Positions 10,354 to 21,389 are shown, numbered from the stretch's first letter. The stretch is 64,000 bases of DNA from an uncultured Chloroflexia bacterium (GCA_963751345.1 CAVVUS010000010.1:1-64000); one strand, 5' to 3'. Notes: generated from the sequence alone by a model not told the origin. Made by a program: numbers and translations.

Positions 10354-11970
10354 CTACAAAGCCACTTGTCTCACGACCTTGCCCCCCTTGAGCTCCATCA
10401 CGTGCGTCAACGTGTGGGGAAACTCCTGGGGGCGGTGCGTGACGTAGACCATCGTAATATCGGGGGAGGCCGTGATCTCGTCGAGCGCTGCCAGGACGCG
10501 GGCTTTCTGCGCGTCGTCGAGCCCCTGGCACGGCTCGTCCAGGATCAGCAGCTCGGGCTCCTTCACCAATGCCCTGGCGATCAGGATCAGGCGTTGCTCC
10601 CCCCGTGGTAGGCTGCGGAAAGCCTGGGTGGCGTGGCCGGCGAGACCCAGGCGTGCCATCCATTGCCTGGCCTGCGCCTGCTGTTGCGGCGAGCAGGGCC
10701 GGTGAAGCCCCAGCGTGTCGAAGAAGCCCGAGCAGACCACGTCGAAAGCGGAACTCAGGGGGGGATGGTAGCGGTGCAGCTCCGGTGCTACCCATCCGAT
10801 GCGCCGCTTGATCTCCCAGATGCTCTCGCCGCTGCCGCGGGTCCGCCCGAAGAGCGCGATGTGGTTGGCGTAGGCCTGGGGGTGGTCGCCCAGGATCAAG
10901 CTGAGCAGCGTCGTCTTCCCGGCGCCGTTGTGCCCGATCAGCCCCCATTTTTCCCCGCGCCGCACGGTCCAATTGATCTCACGGAGCACGTCCACGTTGT
11001 CGTGGACGACCGTGACGTCGTGCATCTCGATGATGGGCGGAGCCTCCTCGCATTCTGCCGCCGCCGGCGTCTGTGATGGCAGTCCGGCGGCCTCGCAGGG
11101 ACCCCGGTAAGCGGCGAGGATTGGCGCTCGCGGCCCCTGTGCGCGGATCTCGCCCCGGTCCATCACGAGCACGTGCGTCACGCTCTCCGGGATCTCCTCG
11201 GGGGTGGATGCCACGATGATGACCTGGATCTCCCCTTCCAGTAAGTTGGAGATGAGGCGGCGCAGCCTGGCGCGGAAGTGCTTGTCGAGACCCGTGAAGG
11301 GATCGTCCAGGATTAGAACGTGCGGCGAGGTCAGCACCGCCTCGGCGATCTGAACGCGCCGCCACTCTCCGTCGGAGAGCTGGTGGAGGCGACGATCGAG
11401 CAGGGGGCCGAGTTCGAGCCCCGCGACGACCTGGCTCTGCCGCGCCTCGAACGAGGGATCGTGTTCGTCTGCAAATTCCCCGGGCGGGGAGGCCGTCACC
11501 TCAAACGGGCTGCGGCTGCTGCGGCCTGCACGGACCATGACCGACTCGCGGGAGAGGAAATCGGCTACGGTTGGAGAGGTTACCTCGATCGAGGCGTGCC
11601 ATCGAGCCTGATGAAAGAGCGCCGAGCTGCCGGGCCGCTTGTCGAAGGCCACGTAGGCAATGGCGCGCCGCAGACGCCCGCGGTCGATGGGCCCGGTCGA
11701 CTCCAGGAAATGGTAGCGGATCGGGCGATCCGGTCCGTCACCGGTAGGGAGAAGCCCTCTCCCTGCCAGCGTTGCCACGAACAACGACTTGCCCGACCCC
11801 GTTGGCCCGAGGATCGCCCACCGCTCGCCCGTGTGAAGGGTCCAGCAGAGATGCCGGCCGACGACGTGACCGTCAGCCTGCAGCGTGAGATCCCTGACCG
11901 AGATCAGCGGCGTCGCGCAGCAGTCATCTTGGCCGTCGACCGGTGCAGCCCGTGTGGGATGGGTGTTCAT
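10354..11970 (-). CDS. modF: ModF-like ABC ATPase with two nucleotide-binding domains
   Basis: Walker A GPTGSGKS and GHNGAGKT; 'GDHPQAY', 'GSGESIWEIK', 'LDEPCQGLD'. Confidence 0.75.
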   Translation of the reverse strand: MNTHPTRAAPVDGQDDCCATPLISVRDLTLQADGHVVGRHLCWTLHTGERWAILGPTGSGKSLFVATLAGRGLLPTGDGPDRPIRYHFLESTGPIDRGRLRRAIAYVAFDKRPGSSALFHQARWHASIEVTSPTVADFLSRESVMVRAGRSSRSPFEVTASPPGEFADEHDPSFEARQSQVVAGLELGPLLDRRLHQLSDGEWRRVQIAEAVLTSPHVLILDDPFTGLDKHFRARLRRLISNLLEGEIQVIIVASTPEEIPESVTHVLVMDRGEIRAQGPRAPILAAYRGPCEAAGLPSQTPAAAECEEAPPIIEMHDVTVVHDNVDVLREINWTVRRGEKWGLIGHNGAGKTTLLSLILGDHPQAYANHIALFGRTRGSGESIWEIKRRIGWVAPELHRYHPPLSSAFDVVCSGFFDTLGLHRPCSPQQQAQARQWMARLGLAGHATQAFRSLPRGEQRLILIARALVKEPELLILDEPCQGLDDAQKARVLAALDEITASPDITMVYVTHRPQEFPHTLTHVMELKGGKVVRQVAL

Positions 11971-11990
11971 CTGTCAGCCCCGGTCCGCCG

Positions 11991-12458
11991 CTACAACAGC
12001 GGCGCCACAAGGTCGCAGACGTCCTCCAGAAACTCGCGGTCTTCACCGGCGAAGGGAGCCAGCGCGTGCGAGTCGATATCCAGCTCGCCCAGTACGGTCT
12101 CCTCGCGCAGGATGGGCACGACGATCTCGGCCAAGACGTCGGGGCTGCACGAGAGATAGTTCGTCTCCTGTGTGACGTCCTGCACGATAAAGGTCTGCTC
12201 TGTTTCCGCAGCCTGCCCGCAGATGCCCCTGCCGAAGGCGATCCGCGTGTGCTCCGTGGGGGCACCTTCGTAGGGTCCAAGCACCAGCTCTCGGTCCGCC
12301 TCGGAGTCCGTCAGATAGAAACCAACCCAATTGTAATGAGGGACTTCGCCCTTGAGCAACGTGCAAATCGCCTGCAGTTTCTGGTCGCGTGTGCCGGACC
12401 GGGTGGTAATTGCCTCCACCCGGTCCAGCAGTTGATCGAAGTCGGGTACCAAAGTCAT
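11991..12458 (-). CDS. GAF domain protein, free methionine-R-sulfoxide reductase-like
   Basis: 'NWVGFY', 'GRGICG', 'EIVVP', 'ELDIDS'. Confidence 0.75.
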   Translation of the reverse strand: MTLVPDFDQLLDRVEAITTRSGTRDQKLQAICTLLKGEVPHYNWVGFYLTDSEADRELVLGPYEGAPTEHTRIAFGRGICGQAAETEQTFIVQDVTQETNYLSCSPDVLAEIVVPILREETVLGELDIDSHALAPFAGEDREFLEDVCDLVAPLL

Positions 12459-12494
12459 TCGAGCTTATCCAATCCGTCCTGATATTGAGAGGGC

Positions 12495-13505
12495 TCAGTA
12501 GCCGCTTTCCTCCGCGCTAACCCGCCCTCGAAGCAGATAGTGTACCCAGATTTGGTACAGGACAATGATGGGGAGCAGCACCGCGGCGACATAGCCCATC
12601 ACCCGCAGCGTCGTATGGCTTGAGGCCGCGTTTTGGACATCCAGGCTGCCGGCTTGCTCCAACGTCGACCTGACGATGGTCGGCAGTCCGCCGGCAAGGA
12701 TGAGCACGGTCACAGCCACGATAGCGATGCCCATCAGCCAGAAGGCCTGGCTCGGTGATCCCGCGTTCACGCGCTGCCGGACGAGCAGGAGTGCTCCGAA
12801 GATGACCACCACGGCCAGGATGTCCCCCACGATGGCGGGCGTGAACAGTGGGTTCAGAGTGTTGGCCCATACCAAGAACGCGCTCAGCGCGATCGCTGTC
12901 GGCAGCCAGAGCCAGGAGACGGCTCGCTGCGCGCGGGAGACGATGACCCCGTCCGCTTTCAACAGCAAGTAGATGGCGCCGTGCAGCGCGAAGACGAGGA
13001 CGAACGCCACGCCGGTCAAGATCGCCAGCGGGTTGAATGCCGCCAGCCCACCGCCCCGGTAGGTCTGGCCGGCGTCAATCGGCAAACCTTGAACGAGTGT
13101 GCCGATGATCAATCCCGCCAAAAACGCCGTCAGCAGGCTTGCTGCCGTAAACACCGCATCCCAGGCCTTTTGCCAGCGTTCGCCGGGTTCGAGGCCGCGG
13201 AACACAAACGCGACCCCACGCAAGATCAGGCTGAAGAGGACGAGTACCAGGGGGATGTAGAACGCGCTGAACACAACGGCGTAGAGGATTGGGAACGCGG
13301 CAAACATCGCCCCGCCCGCGGTGACCAGCCAGACCTCGTTGCCATCCCAGAATGGCCCGATCGTGTTGATCGCCTGCTGTCGCTCATCCTCGCGTTTCCC
13401 AAGGATGAAGAGCAGGATGCCGACGCCGTAATCGGCGCCTTCCAGGAAGAGAAAGCCCGCGGTCAGGAAAGTGATGATGCCATACCACACCAGGTTGAGC
13501 GTCAT
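12495..13505 (-). CDS. cydB: cytochrome bd ubiquinol oxidase subunit II
   Basis: 'LEGADYGVG', 'IGPFWDGNEVWLV', 'LRGVAF'; 4-nt overlap with cydA. Confidence 0.95.
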   Translation of the reverse strand: MTLNLVWYGIITFLTAGFLFLEGADYGVGILLFILGKREDERQQAINTIGPFWDGNEVWLVTAGGAMFAAFPILYAVVFSAFYIPLVLVLFSLILRGVAFVFRGLEPGERWQKAWDAVFTAASLLTAFLAGLIIGTLVQGLPIDAGQTYRGGGLAAFNPLAILTGVAFVLVFALHGAIYLLLKADGVIVSRAQRAVSWLWLPTAIALSAFLVWANTLNPLFTPAIVGDILAVVVIFGALLLVRQRVNAGSPSQAFWLMGIAIVAVTVLILAGGLPTIVRSTLEQAGSLDVQNAASSHTTLRVMGYVAAVLLPIIVLYQIWVHYLLRGRVSAEESGY

Positions 13506-14854
13506 GCCTGACCTCCTTCCGCTTCCGTGAAGACGGCTGCCCGCACCTGCTTGGTCAGCAAGTACACGTCCGTGAAGAGCAACACGGTAAAGATCGCCCC
13601 GAAGCCGATCAAGGAGAAGAGCACCTCAGCTGAAGTCCGACTGGGCGTCATAGCTTGGCTGGTCTGCAGCAGCCCGTAGACAATCCATGGCTGGCGTCCC
13701 ATCTCGGCCAACATCCATCCCGACGTACAGGCGATATAGGGTAGGACGACGGCAGGGACCAGCGCCTTGAGCAGGATCGGCCACGGTTCGCCTTTCCTGA
13801 AGAAGCCTACGTAGATCGAGAGCAGCGAGAGCAAGATCAGCAGCATCCCGCTGCCTACCATCACGCGGAAGGCGTAGAAGATGGCGACGACCGGCGGGAT
13901 GTAGTTGCCCGGCCCATAGGTCTTCACGGCCTGGGCCTCAAGTTCCTTGATGCCCGTGACTTTCGCGGTGAAGTTCCCGTAATCCAGCCAACTCAACATA
14001 TAGGGGATCCGAATGGCGAAGGTGTTTTTCTGCTCCTTGACGTTAATCAGGGCAACGACGGACCAGGATGCCGGCTGCTCCGTTTCCCAGAGCGCCTCCG
14101 CCGCAGACATCTTCATAGGTTGTACCGTCACGAGATATTTCCCCTGCTGGTCACCGATCACGAGCAGCGCGATCGAGCTGATCGCACCGTAGACCGCGGC
14201 AAACCTGAACGCATAGCGAAACATAGGTTTGGGGTTCGAGAGGAGGCCATAGGCCGCCACGGCCAGAATGAAGAACGCCCCCGTCGCCATCCCTGCCGCC
14301 AGGACGTGGGCGAGCTGGTAGTAGAGGTGTGGGTTGGTGATCACCGCGCCAAGATTCTCAAGCCTGATGCGGCCCTCTTGCAGCAGATAGCCCACCGGAT
14401 TCTGCATAAAGGAGTTCGCCATGAGAATCCAGAAGGCCGAGAAGTAGGATCCAAAGGTGACCAGCCAGAACGAGGCCAGATGCAGCCTCTTGGAGAGCCG
14501 GTCCCAGCCGAAGATCCACAGGCCGAGGAAGGTCGACTCGAGGAAGAACGCGGCCATCGTCTCGATGGCGAGGGGCGTGCCGAAGACGTCGCCCACGAAC
14601 TTGGCGTACTCCGACCAGTTCATCCCGAATTGGAACTCCTGGACCAACCCGGTGACGACGCCGACGCTGAAGTTGATGACGAACAATCTACCCCAGAAAC
14701 GTGCCATCTCTTTGTACCGCTCCTCACCGGTACGCACGTATTGGGTTTCAAGAATCGCGATGAAGATGCTGAGGCCAAGAGTCAGTGGGACGAAAATGAA
14801 GTGGAACGCTATGGTGATCGCGAACTGTAACCTGGATAACAACACTACATCCAT
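13502..14854 (-). CDS. cydA: cytochrome bd ubiquinol oxidase subunit I
   Basis: 'RLQFA...HFIFVP', 'EFQFGMNW', 'QPMK', 'EMGRQPW'. Confidence 0.95.
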   Translation of the reverse strand: MDVVLLSRLQFAITIAFHFIFVPLTLGLSIFIAILETQYVRTGEERYKEMARFWGRLFVINFSVGVVTGLVQEFQFGMNWSEYAKFVGDVFGTPLAIETMAAFFLESTFLGLWIFGWDRLSKRLHLASFWLVTFGSYFSAFWILMANSFMQNPVGYLLQEGRIRLENLGAVITNPHLYYQLAHVLAAGMATGAFFILAVAAYGLLSNPKPMFRYAFRFAAVYGAISSIALLVIGDQQGKYLVTVQPMKMSAAEALWETEQPASWSVVALINVKEQKNTFAIRIPYMLSWLDYGNFTAKVTGIKELEAQAVKTYGPGNYIPPVVAIFYAFRVMVGSGMLLILLSLLSIYVGFFRKGEPWPILLKALVPAVVLPYIACTSGWMLAEMGRQPWIVYGLLQTSQAMTPSRTSAEVLFSLIGFGAIFTVLLFTDVYLLTKQVRAAVFTEAEGGQA

Positions 14855-14904
14855 GATGATATGCCCCCTTCCCAGTATCAAACGCGTGGTTACCCGACCC
14901 GCCT

Positions 14905-14948
14905 GCCTAGACTATACTACGCCTAGACTAGTCTAGGCATAGTCTAGG
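14905..14948. promoter_or_regulatory. candidate operator upstream of cydAB (nested palindrome)
   Basis: Perfect 18-bp GCCTAGACTAGTCTAGGC flanked by CCTAGACTAT / ATAGTCTAGG. Confidence 0.45.
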
Positions 14949-14958
14949 ACCGCCTAAC

Positions 14959-14996
14959 AAAAAAGTCCACACCGGGATGGAACGCCGGTGTGGACT
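14959..14996 (-). terminator. intrinsic terminator downstream of rubredoxin
   Basis: 12-bp stem AGTCCACACCGG/CCGGTGTGGACT followed by a T-tract on the minus strand. Confidence 0.8.
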
Positions 14997-15109
14997 GATT
15001 GTGTCATGAGAGATCTGGAGATGGAGTCTACAGGTGCAGCATCCCCTGTGCGGACAGCCTGAGCCAGAGCGCCACCGCCCGGACAGACGATGGCGATCCC
15101 TGTAGGAGC

Positions 15110-15274
15110 TTAATCTTCGTAGGGCTCGAACCAGTCCTTCTCAACTCCGCAGTCCGGGCAGACCCAGTCATCGGGGAGATCCTCAAAGGCGGTGCCTGCC
15201 GGATAGCCGTTCTCCGGATCGCCGACGGCCGGATCGTAGATGTAGCCGCACACCGTGCACTCGTATTTCTGCAT
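15110..15274 (-). CDS. rubredoxin (54 aa; missing from ORF track)
   Basis: Manual translation [54 protein letters not shown]; AGGAGG RBS. Confidence 0.95.
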   Translation of the reverse strand: MQKYECTVCGYIYDPAVGDPENGYPAGTAFEDLPDDWVCPDCGVEKDWFEPYED

Positions 15275-15404
15275 TCCCATGCCTCCTTCAGTAGGTATCC
15301 TCTTGAACGCCCATCTCGTAGGCTGTCTCTGCCTGCGCCTTGAGGTGACTCGGTCGGGCTGTATCTTGCGAACGGCGTTGATTATAGAATGCCCGCATCT
15401 TGTG

Positions 15405-16421
15405 TCAAGCCAACACTTTCAGGACCCACGGCCCCCGTTTTGAGCTGATGTAGTCCTGACGTTGCGCCGCAAACCGCGGATCCAATTGGGAGAGGGGGAT
15501 GATCTCTCCCTCGACCAGCACCGGTGGATCCACGGTCCTGACCTTGGGCAGCGCTTCCAGCGTCACGTCGCTCGCCTCGCTGCGGTCGACGCGGGCGAAA
15601 TCAACATCTCGCCGCAGGTAGGCCAGCCACCGGGTGACCGCGGGGTCGCCGGTCGCTCGAAGACGCGCCATGAGATCTACATCGGTTCCCAGGAAGTCTT
15701 GCTCGCTGATGATGCCGCGGGCCAGGGCGGCGCGCAGCGCCTGTGCCACGGCAGCATACCATCCAACCTCCTGCACCGAGCACCAACATGCGTCGTCGAG
15801 CTCAATGAAACGCTCGCCCAGCCACCGCGCCGCGTCGAGATCGTCCACGACGATCTGGGAAGCGGCGGCAGGGCGAGCCCGGAAAGGGCGCAGGTGGCTC
15901 AGCAAGGCTTCGGCGTCTGCTTTCCCAAACGTGCCTACGTCGACGACGCCGTCACGCAGGAAGTAGTCCAGCCGGTCCGCGCACAGGCGGGGCAGCGGCT
16001 GCTCCAACAGTGAGAAATGCTCGGTATCGGTCAGCCAGTGCCAGTCGAGCCCGTGTCCTGACACGATCTTCGGTAGATCGCTGGCCTCGATGACCTGATC
16101 TCTATGCACCTCGTGGTAATCGTGCTCCCGATTGGGGAAGACGAAGTCTACCACGTGCGAGAGCGCCGTGTGGGGAACATCGTGCACGAGACCCGCCGCT
16201 TGCTCGTAGACGTCCGCTCCTAATCTGCGTAGCAATGCCGCGACGCCGCGGGAATGGTCCAGCCGCGTCGTCCGGCGTTCAGGTTTGATGAAGGCCGTGA
16301 TGCCGCCCTGGAAGACGTGGCTCAGGCGCTGCACCGCATCGGAGTTGTAGAGGTCGACGAGCAGCGGCTCGGTGAAACGAACCTCCCCGTAGACGGGGTC
16401 GGTGAAGGCAATGGTGGACAT
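15405..16421 (-). CDS. HD domain phosphohydrolase
   Basis: 'RLDHSRGV', '[13 protein letters not shown]', 'LCADRLDY'. Confidence 0.85.
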   Translation of the reverse strand: MSTIAFTDPVYGEVRFTEPLLVDLYNSDAVQRLSHVFQGGITAFIKPERRTTRLDHSRGVAALLRRLGADVYEQAAGLVHDVPHTALSHVVDFVFPNREHDYHEVHRDQVIEASDLPKIVSGHGLDWHWLTDTEHFSLLEQPLPRLCADRLDYFLRDGVVDVGTFGKADAEALLSHLRPFRARPAAASQIVVDDLDAARWLGERFIELDDACWCSVQEVGWYAAVAQALRAALARGIISEQDFLGTDVDLMARLRATGDPAVTRWLAYLRRDVDFARVDRSEASDVTLEALPKVRTVDPPVLVEGEIIPLSQLDPRFAAQRQDYISSKRGPWVLKVLA

Positions 16422-16446
16422 CGTTTGCCGGGTGGCCGCCGGCGCC

Positions 16447-18493
16447 TTAGAGGTGCGCGACCGAAGGCGCGTCGGCGTCGCGGGTCGCCGGTTCTGCTCC
16501 GGCCAACTCCAGATACTCGCCCTTCATCAAGGCATCCGCAGGGACGCCGATGCAGGGAGAGCAAGTCGCTGATCAGCCCGGCCTTGCGTTCCGCATCCTG
16601 CTGCGACCAGGTGCGGCTCTTGATCTCCAGGAAGCTGCCCCCGTTCTCGGGCTTTTCAATGGTGTCGAAGTTGAGCGCGAAGTCGGTGCCTCCAAAGCGG
16701 ATGTGGAACCTGCGGCGCAGTTTGTGCACCTCTACGGTCTGCTGCGGTGCGAAGTACTCGTGGTAGAAACGCAGACTTCGGGTGGCGGGGGCGTCGAACC
16801 TGGACCGGGAGAGCAGTATGGAGTTTTCATACTCCCGTTCCTTCGCCATCGTGGTCAGGGTGAGACGATAGATGACGTCGGTCATCTCCCCGGAATCCAG
16901 GTCCACCACCTCATCCTCACGGTAGCGGAGGCGGCTGCCCCACCGGTCGTCGAAGATGAAATAGGTGTCGTACTGGTGGCGCTTCGATCCTCCCAGGAAT
17001 CGCACGGCATCCAAAGCTCTGAGTTTTGCCTCCAAAGCTGCCAGATCGACATCCTCGATCTTGACCTGGATCTCAAAGCTCTTTTCCTGGGCGACGCCGC
17101 CGATGGCGACCAGTTTGCTCAGCACGCTCTCCTCGCGCTGGCTCAGGAATCCATCGATTCGGCGCGCCAGGTGGTTGGCCTCCTCGCGCAGCGCAGCCGC
17201 ATCGATCGTCAGGAGCTCGCGATCTCGCATCAGCCAGACTCCGTTGACCATCACGTCCCGAACATCTTCCTGGTGCGAGGCGTAGAGCAGCCGGGAGTAG
17301 AGGCTGCCGGGGTCCCGCTGGAAGAAGGGAGCGTGTCGTATGTCGTCCATCGAGACGGAGATCAAGTCTGCCCGCTTGCCGGGCTCGAGCGTACCGGTGA
17401 TCTCGCCCAAATGGAGGGCGCGCGCGCCCATGCGCGTGGCCATCTCGATCACGGTTCGTGCCGGCAGAGCGGTGGGATCGAGGGTGGCCACCTTGCCCAG
17501 CAGACTCGCCAGCCTGGCCTCCTCGATCATATCAAGGTCGTTGTTGCTGCCTGCTCCATCGGTACCGATGCCGACGTTAAGTCCCGCCTTGAGCATTTGG
17601 GTGACGGGGGCGATGCCGCTGGCGAGCTTCATGTTGCTGGTAGGGTTGTGCGCAATGCCGACGTTGTAGTGCTGCAACGTGCGGATCTCGCCTTCATCCA
17701 CGTGCACGCAGTGTGCCGCCGTCGTCTTTGCCTCGAACAGCCCTAGTTTCTTCAGCCAGGGGACGGGCGGCATGCCATATTCCTTGCGGTGATCCTCGAC
17801 CTCTTGCGCCGTTTCGGCGACGTGGATGTGAAGGGGAACGTCAAACTCCAGCGCGATCTGGACGGCCTCTTCTAGGAGCTCAGGGGTGACCGTGTAAGGC
17901 GCGTGGGGTGCGATCGCGGGCACGATCAGCGGGTGATCCTTCCACCTGGCGATGTAGTCGCGTGCGAGGGCCAGTCCTTCCTCGAAGCTCCTGGCATCGG
18001 GCGTGGGGAACTTCATCACGCTCTGGGCGCAGACGGCGCGCATCCCGGCCTGGACCACGGCATCCGCGATGGCTTCCTCGTAGTAGTACATATCCGCGAA
18101 CGTCGTCGTGCCCGAGCGGATCATCTCCGCCGCCGCCATCTGGGTGCCCAGCCAGCAGAATCGCGGCGTGACGAACTCGGCCTCGACCGGCATCATGTAG
18201 CCCATCAGCCATACGTCGAGCCGCAGGTCATCGGCCAGCGCCCGGAGCAGGGTCATGGGTGCGTGGCCGTGGGTGTTGACCAGCCCGGGCATCAGCACGG
18301 CGTTGCCGAAGTCGACGCGTGAGCCCGCTTGGTATGCCGACAGGATGCGCTCTTGATCCCCGCACGCGACGATCGTATCGCCGGTCACTGCAACCGCGCC
18401 GGGCGTGTGCAGATCGTAGGCGGCATTCATCGTGAGCACGAAATCCGCCGTAATCACGATGTCGACGATGTCTTTGTCTTCGGGCTCGGCCAT
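16447..18493 (-). CDS. MTA/SAH deaminase-like amidohydrolase fused to a C-terminal CYTH domain (late frameshift near 16550)
   Basis: 'NTHGH', 'APHAPY', 'HIHVAE', 'GTDG..SNNDL'; CYTH-like 'FEIQVK', 'QYDTYF', 'RLRYR', 'FLEIK', and 'EYLEL' in the shifted frame. Confidence 0.8.
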
Positions 18494-18564
18494 CGGGCTA
18501 CCTCCAACTCCGTCTCGTATGTATCCGATCATCCACTAGCCCATTGTACTCTTTCGGGACGCCC

Positions 18565-19089
18565 CTAGTCAAACCGGATATGCAGCCCGTCGGCGTCGAA
18601 CTCGTAGTGCGCAAATGTCATCGGACCCTCGGACAGGATGCGGGGAAGCAGTTCGGGGAGATCATCAACCAGGGGAAGTGCCGCGATCTCATCCAGGTCT
18701 ACCCACTCCGCGGAGCCTTCGTCTGAGGCCATCGTGCTTTCCCCGGGTCCATTGTCCTGCGCCTCGCCAACAAAGACGAACAATACGATGCCGGGAGGCT
18801 GGGGCATCGTGATGTGGACGATGCCACGCAGGGTCAGCTCCTCGACGGTGGTGAGCCCGGTTTCCTCATGAAGTTCGCGCAGCGCAGAGGCGTACAGCGA
18901 CTCGCCCGGTTCCAGGTGACCGCCGACACCATTGTACTTGCCCGCCCAGAGGCGTTTGGTCGGGGCCCCCTTGAGCAACAGGACTTGCTCGCCATTTCCG
19001 CCAGTGGGGCCATTCCGCGTCAGGAATACCAGCGTGCGGGCGACAACCGTGTACCGTTCCCCGGCTTCTCTCTGCTCCTCAGGGCGCAT
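18565..19089 (-). CDS. NUDIX hydrolase (MutT/MTH1-like)
   Basis: 'KYNGVGGHLEPGES...LRELHEETGL'. Confidence 0.85.
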   Translation of the reverse strand: MRPEEQREAGERYTVVARTLVFLTRNGPTGGNGEQVLLLKGAPTKRLWAGKYNGVGGHLEPGESLYASALRELHEETGLTTVEELTLRGIVHITMPQPPGIVLFVFVGEAQDNGPGESTMASDEGSAEWVDLDEIAALPLVDDLPELLPRILSEGPMTFAHYEFDADGLHIRFD

Positions 19090-20045
19090 ACATCTCGTCC
19101 CCGTAAACCAACATCAGCGCATGGACGGCTTCGAAGGTCAGCCACCGGCTCTGGTGGAAGATCCGTTCCTCGGGCAGTGCGGGGGTTGACTTCAGTTTGA
19201 GCCACCGCCCCTCCTGATCCTGCAAGCTGACCAAGCGCTCTACAATCTGCTGGGTCTGGCGATGGGTCTTGTACTCCGTATGGGCCAAAACGTGGCAGAG
19301 TTCGACGAGGTCCGTATCGTAGAAGCGTGGGAAACGAGGCAGCGCCCATTCGGCGTCCTCCCGGTCCCAGTCGTACGTGTGGGCCAGCAGGTAGCGACAC
19401 AGCAGATCGATCGTGCTCACATCCGGGGCCGACGTCGTGGCCGTATTGCAGTGAATGAGGGCTGCCAGGGCCTTGACCGCGCCTGCACGACACGAGCGGT
19501 CCTGAAGGATGCACCCTAGACGCTCAGGGTCACTCGCCACACCTTCGGCGAGCGCCTCCCAGCCCGAGACGACCCGTGGGTCATCGCCATACCCGAAGTG
19601 CGTCAGGATGTGCAAAGCCATGCCGGCGTAACAGTGCCACGGGGCAGCCCCGACGCCTTCTGGGGCAAAGAGGTGATCCTGTCGCATGCCTCGGTTGAGG
19701 AGGTTCTCGCATGTGGGCTCGATCTCCTCGAAACGAGGGGCACCCAATTGGGCCAATAGATAGAGCGTCCCGAAGTTGCCTGCTGAGCCTCCGTAAGTAG
19801 GGAGATTCGGCGCGGCCCCAGAAGTTCGTGGGTTCCCAGCGGCGACGCAGTTGCTTGACCGGTTCCCAGTCCAGGATGCGCTGTTGTTCCTCGGTCAGAC
19901 GTCCGTCGGGCCGCTGGAAGATGTGCTTCAGTGTCTGGAAGCGCACGGAAGGGTTGCCCGGGTCCAGGAGCCAGGGCACCGGATCCCGGCGCACCAGATC
20001 CAGCCACTGGCGGGCGGCAGATAATCGTCCTTCCTGCGCGACCAC
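19079..20045 (-). CDS. conserved protein, prenyltransferase/squalene-oxidase repeat-like fold (frameshift near 19790)
   Basis: 'PVPWLLDPGNPSVRFQTL', 'FPRFYDTDLVE', 'QDQEGRW', 'SRWLT' across two frames. Confidence 0.55.
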
Positions 20046-20046
20046 G

Positions 20047-20538
20047 TTAGAGCTTGTAGCCGATGGTGCGGAGAAGCTCCTTGCGCCAGGCGATGTCTTC
20101 CTCGCCTTCCACACCCTTGGTCCTCACGCCGTCAATGACGCCCAGAATACCGCGCCCCTGCGCCGTCTCGGCGACGATGACCTCAACCGGATTCGCGGTA
20201 GCGCAGAATACGCGGGCGACCTCGGGTACGGCTTTGACCGCGTTGAGCACGTTGACGGGGTAGAATCCCTCGCCCAGGAAGATGATGAAACTGTGACCCG
20301 CGCTGAGCGCCATGGCGTTGCGCTTGGCGAGTTCGACCATGGCGTCATCTGTGCCGCTCCACCGGACCAGCGCTTTTCCCGAGGACTCGCAGAACGCCAG
20401 GCCGAACTTGATCCCCGGCACTGCCGTCACTAACGTTTCGTGAAGATCCTCAACCGTCTTGATGAAATGGGCCTGTCCCAGGATGAAGTTGACGGTCTCC
20501 GGTTTCTCGATGGTGACAACTGTAAGCTCCAGTGACAT
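20047..20538 (-). CDS. adenosine-specific kinase family protein (DUF355)
   Basis: 'NFILGQAHFIKTVEDL', 'FGLAFCESSG', 'FCATANP', 'GRGILGVIDG'. Confidence 0.85.
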   Translation of the reverse strand: MSLELTVVTIEKPETVNFILGQAHFIKTVEDLHETLVTAVPGIKFGLAFCESSGKALVRWSGTDDAMVELAKRNAMALSAGHSFIIFLGEGFYPVNVLNAVKAVPEVARVFCATANPVEVIVAETAQGRGILGVIDGVRTKGVEGEEDIAWRKELLRTIGYKL

Positions 20539-20555
20539 CCTGACCTCCTTGCCGG

Positions 20556-21389
20556 CTATCCAGCACTCTCTACTTCTTCGTCGACCACGCGATATCCCGC
20601 CGTCGTGAGAATGCCCCGCAGTTTTTCCAGGGCATCCCGAACCACCCGGTCGGCAGCCATGCCGTCGTTGCCATAGGTAGACGCGATGACTCGTAACCCC
20701 TCGCGACCTGCTGCCGGGAAAGGCTGGGCTAATGACTTGAGATAGACGTCGGGGAACTCTCGGCTCACCTGTCGCAAAGGAGCGGCGACCTCCGCTTCAT
20801 CATCAACGTGAACACGAAGCGCGCGCTGCGCCCAGACGCCGAGCCGGAAGGTCCGTCGAAGCTCCGGGACAATCGACTCGGCGAAGATGGCGTTCAGCTC
20901 GGCGGGGACACCGGGAAGGACGAAGACCAAGGTCCCCTCAACTTGCAGGCGCACGCCGGGCGCAGTTCCGATCGGATTCGGCAGCGCCGTTGCCCCTTCG
21001 GGAAGCCGGGCCATCTTGACTCGCGCTGCCTCGGGGCCCTGCTGCTCCAGATATCCCTGCGCCAGCAGGTTGTCATACTGGGCCTCAACCAGGCGCCGTG
21101 CCTGGGTGCTCTGCTCGAGTGGTCGCCCCAGCGACCGCGCAAGAGCGTCGAGCGTCAGGTCGTCCTCTGTTGGCCCAAGCCCGCCGCAGCAGACGACGAC
21201 ATCCGGTGGCGGGTTCAGCAGAAAGGTTAGGCTGCGGGCAATGCTTTCGGGGGTGTCTCGCGCGATAACCGCGTGGGCTACAAGGAATCCCAGCCGCGTG
21301 AGCTGTCGACTTAGCTCGTATAGATTGAGGTCGCGGATCTCGCCGTTCAGCAGTTCGTTGCCGATGGCGAGGAGGTTGCAGTTTGGCAC
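20556..21389 (-). CDS. CinA N-terminal (molybdopterin-binding fold) protein, no PncC domain
   Basis: 'IGNELLNGEIRDLN', 'GGLGPTEDDLT', 'NPIGTAPG', 'LPGVPAE'. Confidence 0.85.
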   Translation of the reverse strand: MPNCNLLAIGNELLNGEIRDLNLYELSRQLTRLGFLVAHAVIARDTPESIARSLTFLLNPPPDVVVCCGGLGPTEDDLTLDALARSLGRPLEQSTQARRLVEAQYDNLLAQGYLEQQGPEAARVKMARLPEGATALPNPIGTAPGVRLQVEGTLVFVLPGVPAELNAIFAESIVPELRRTFRLGVWAQRALRVHVDDEAEVAAPLRQVSREFPDVYLKSLAQPFPAAGREGLRVIASTYGNDGMAADRVVRDALEKLRGILTTAGYRVVDEEVESAG

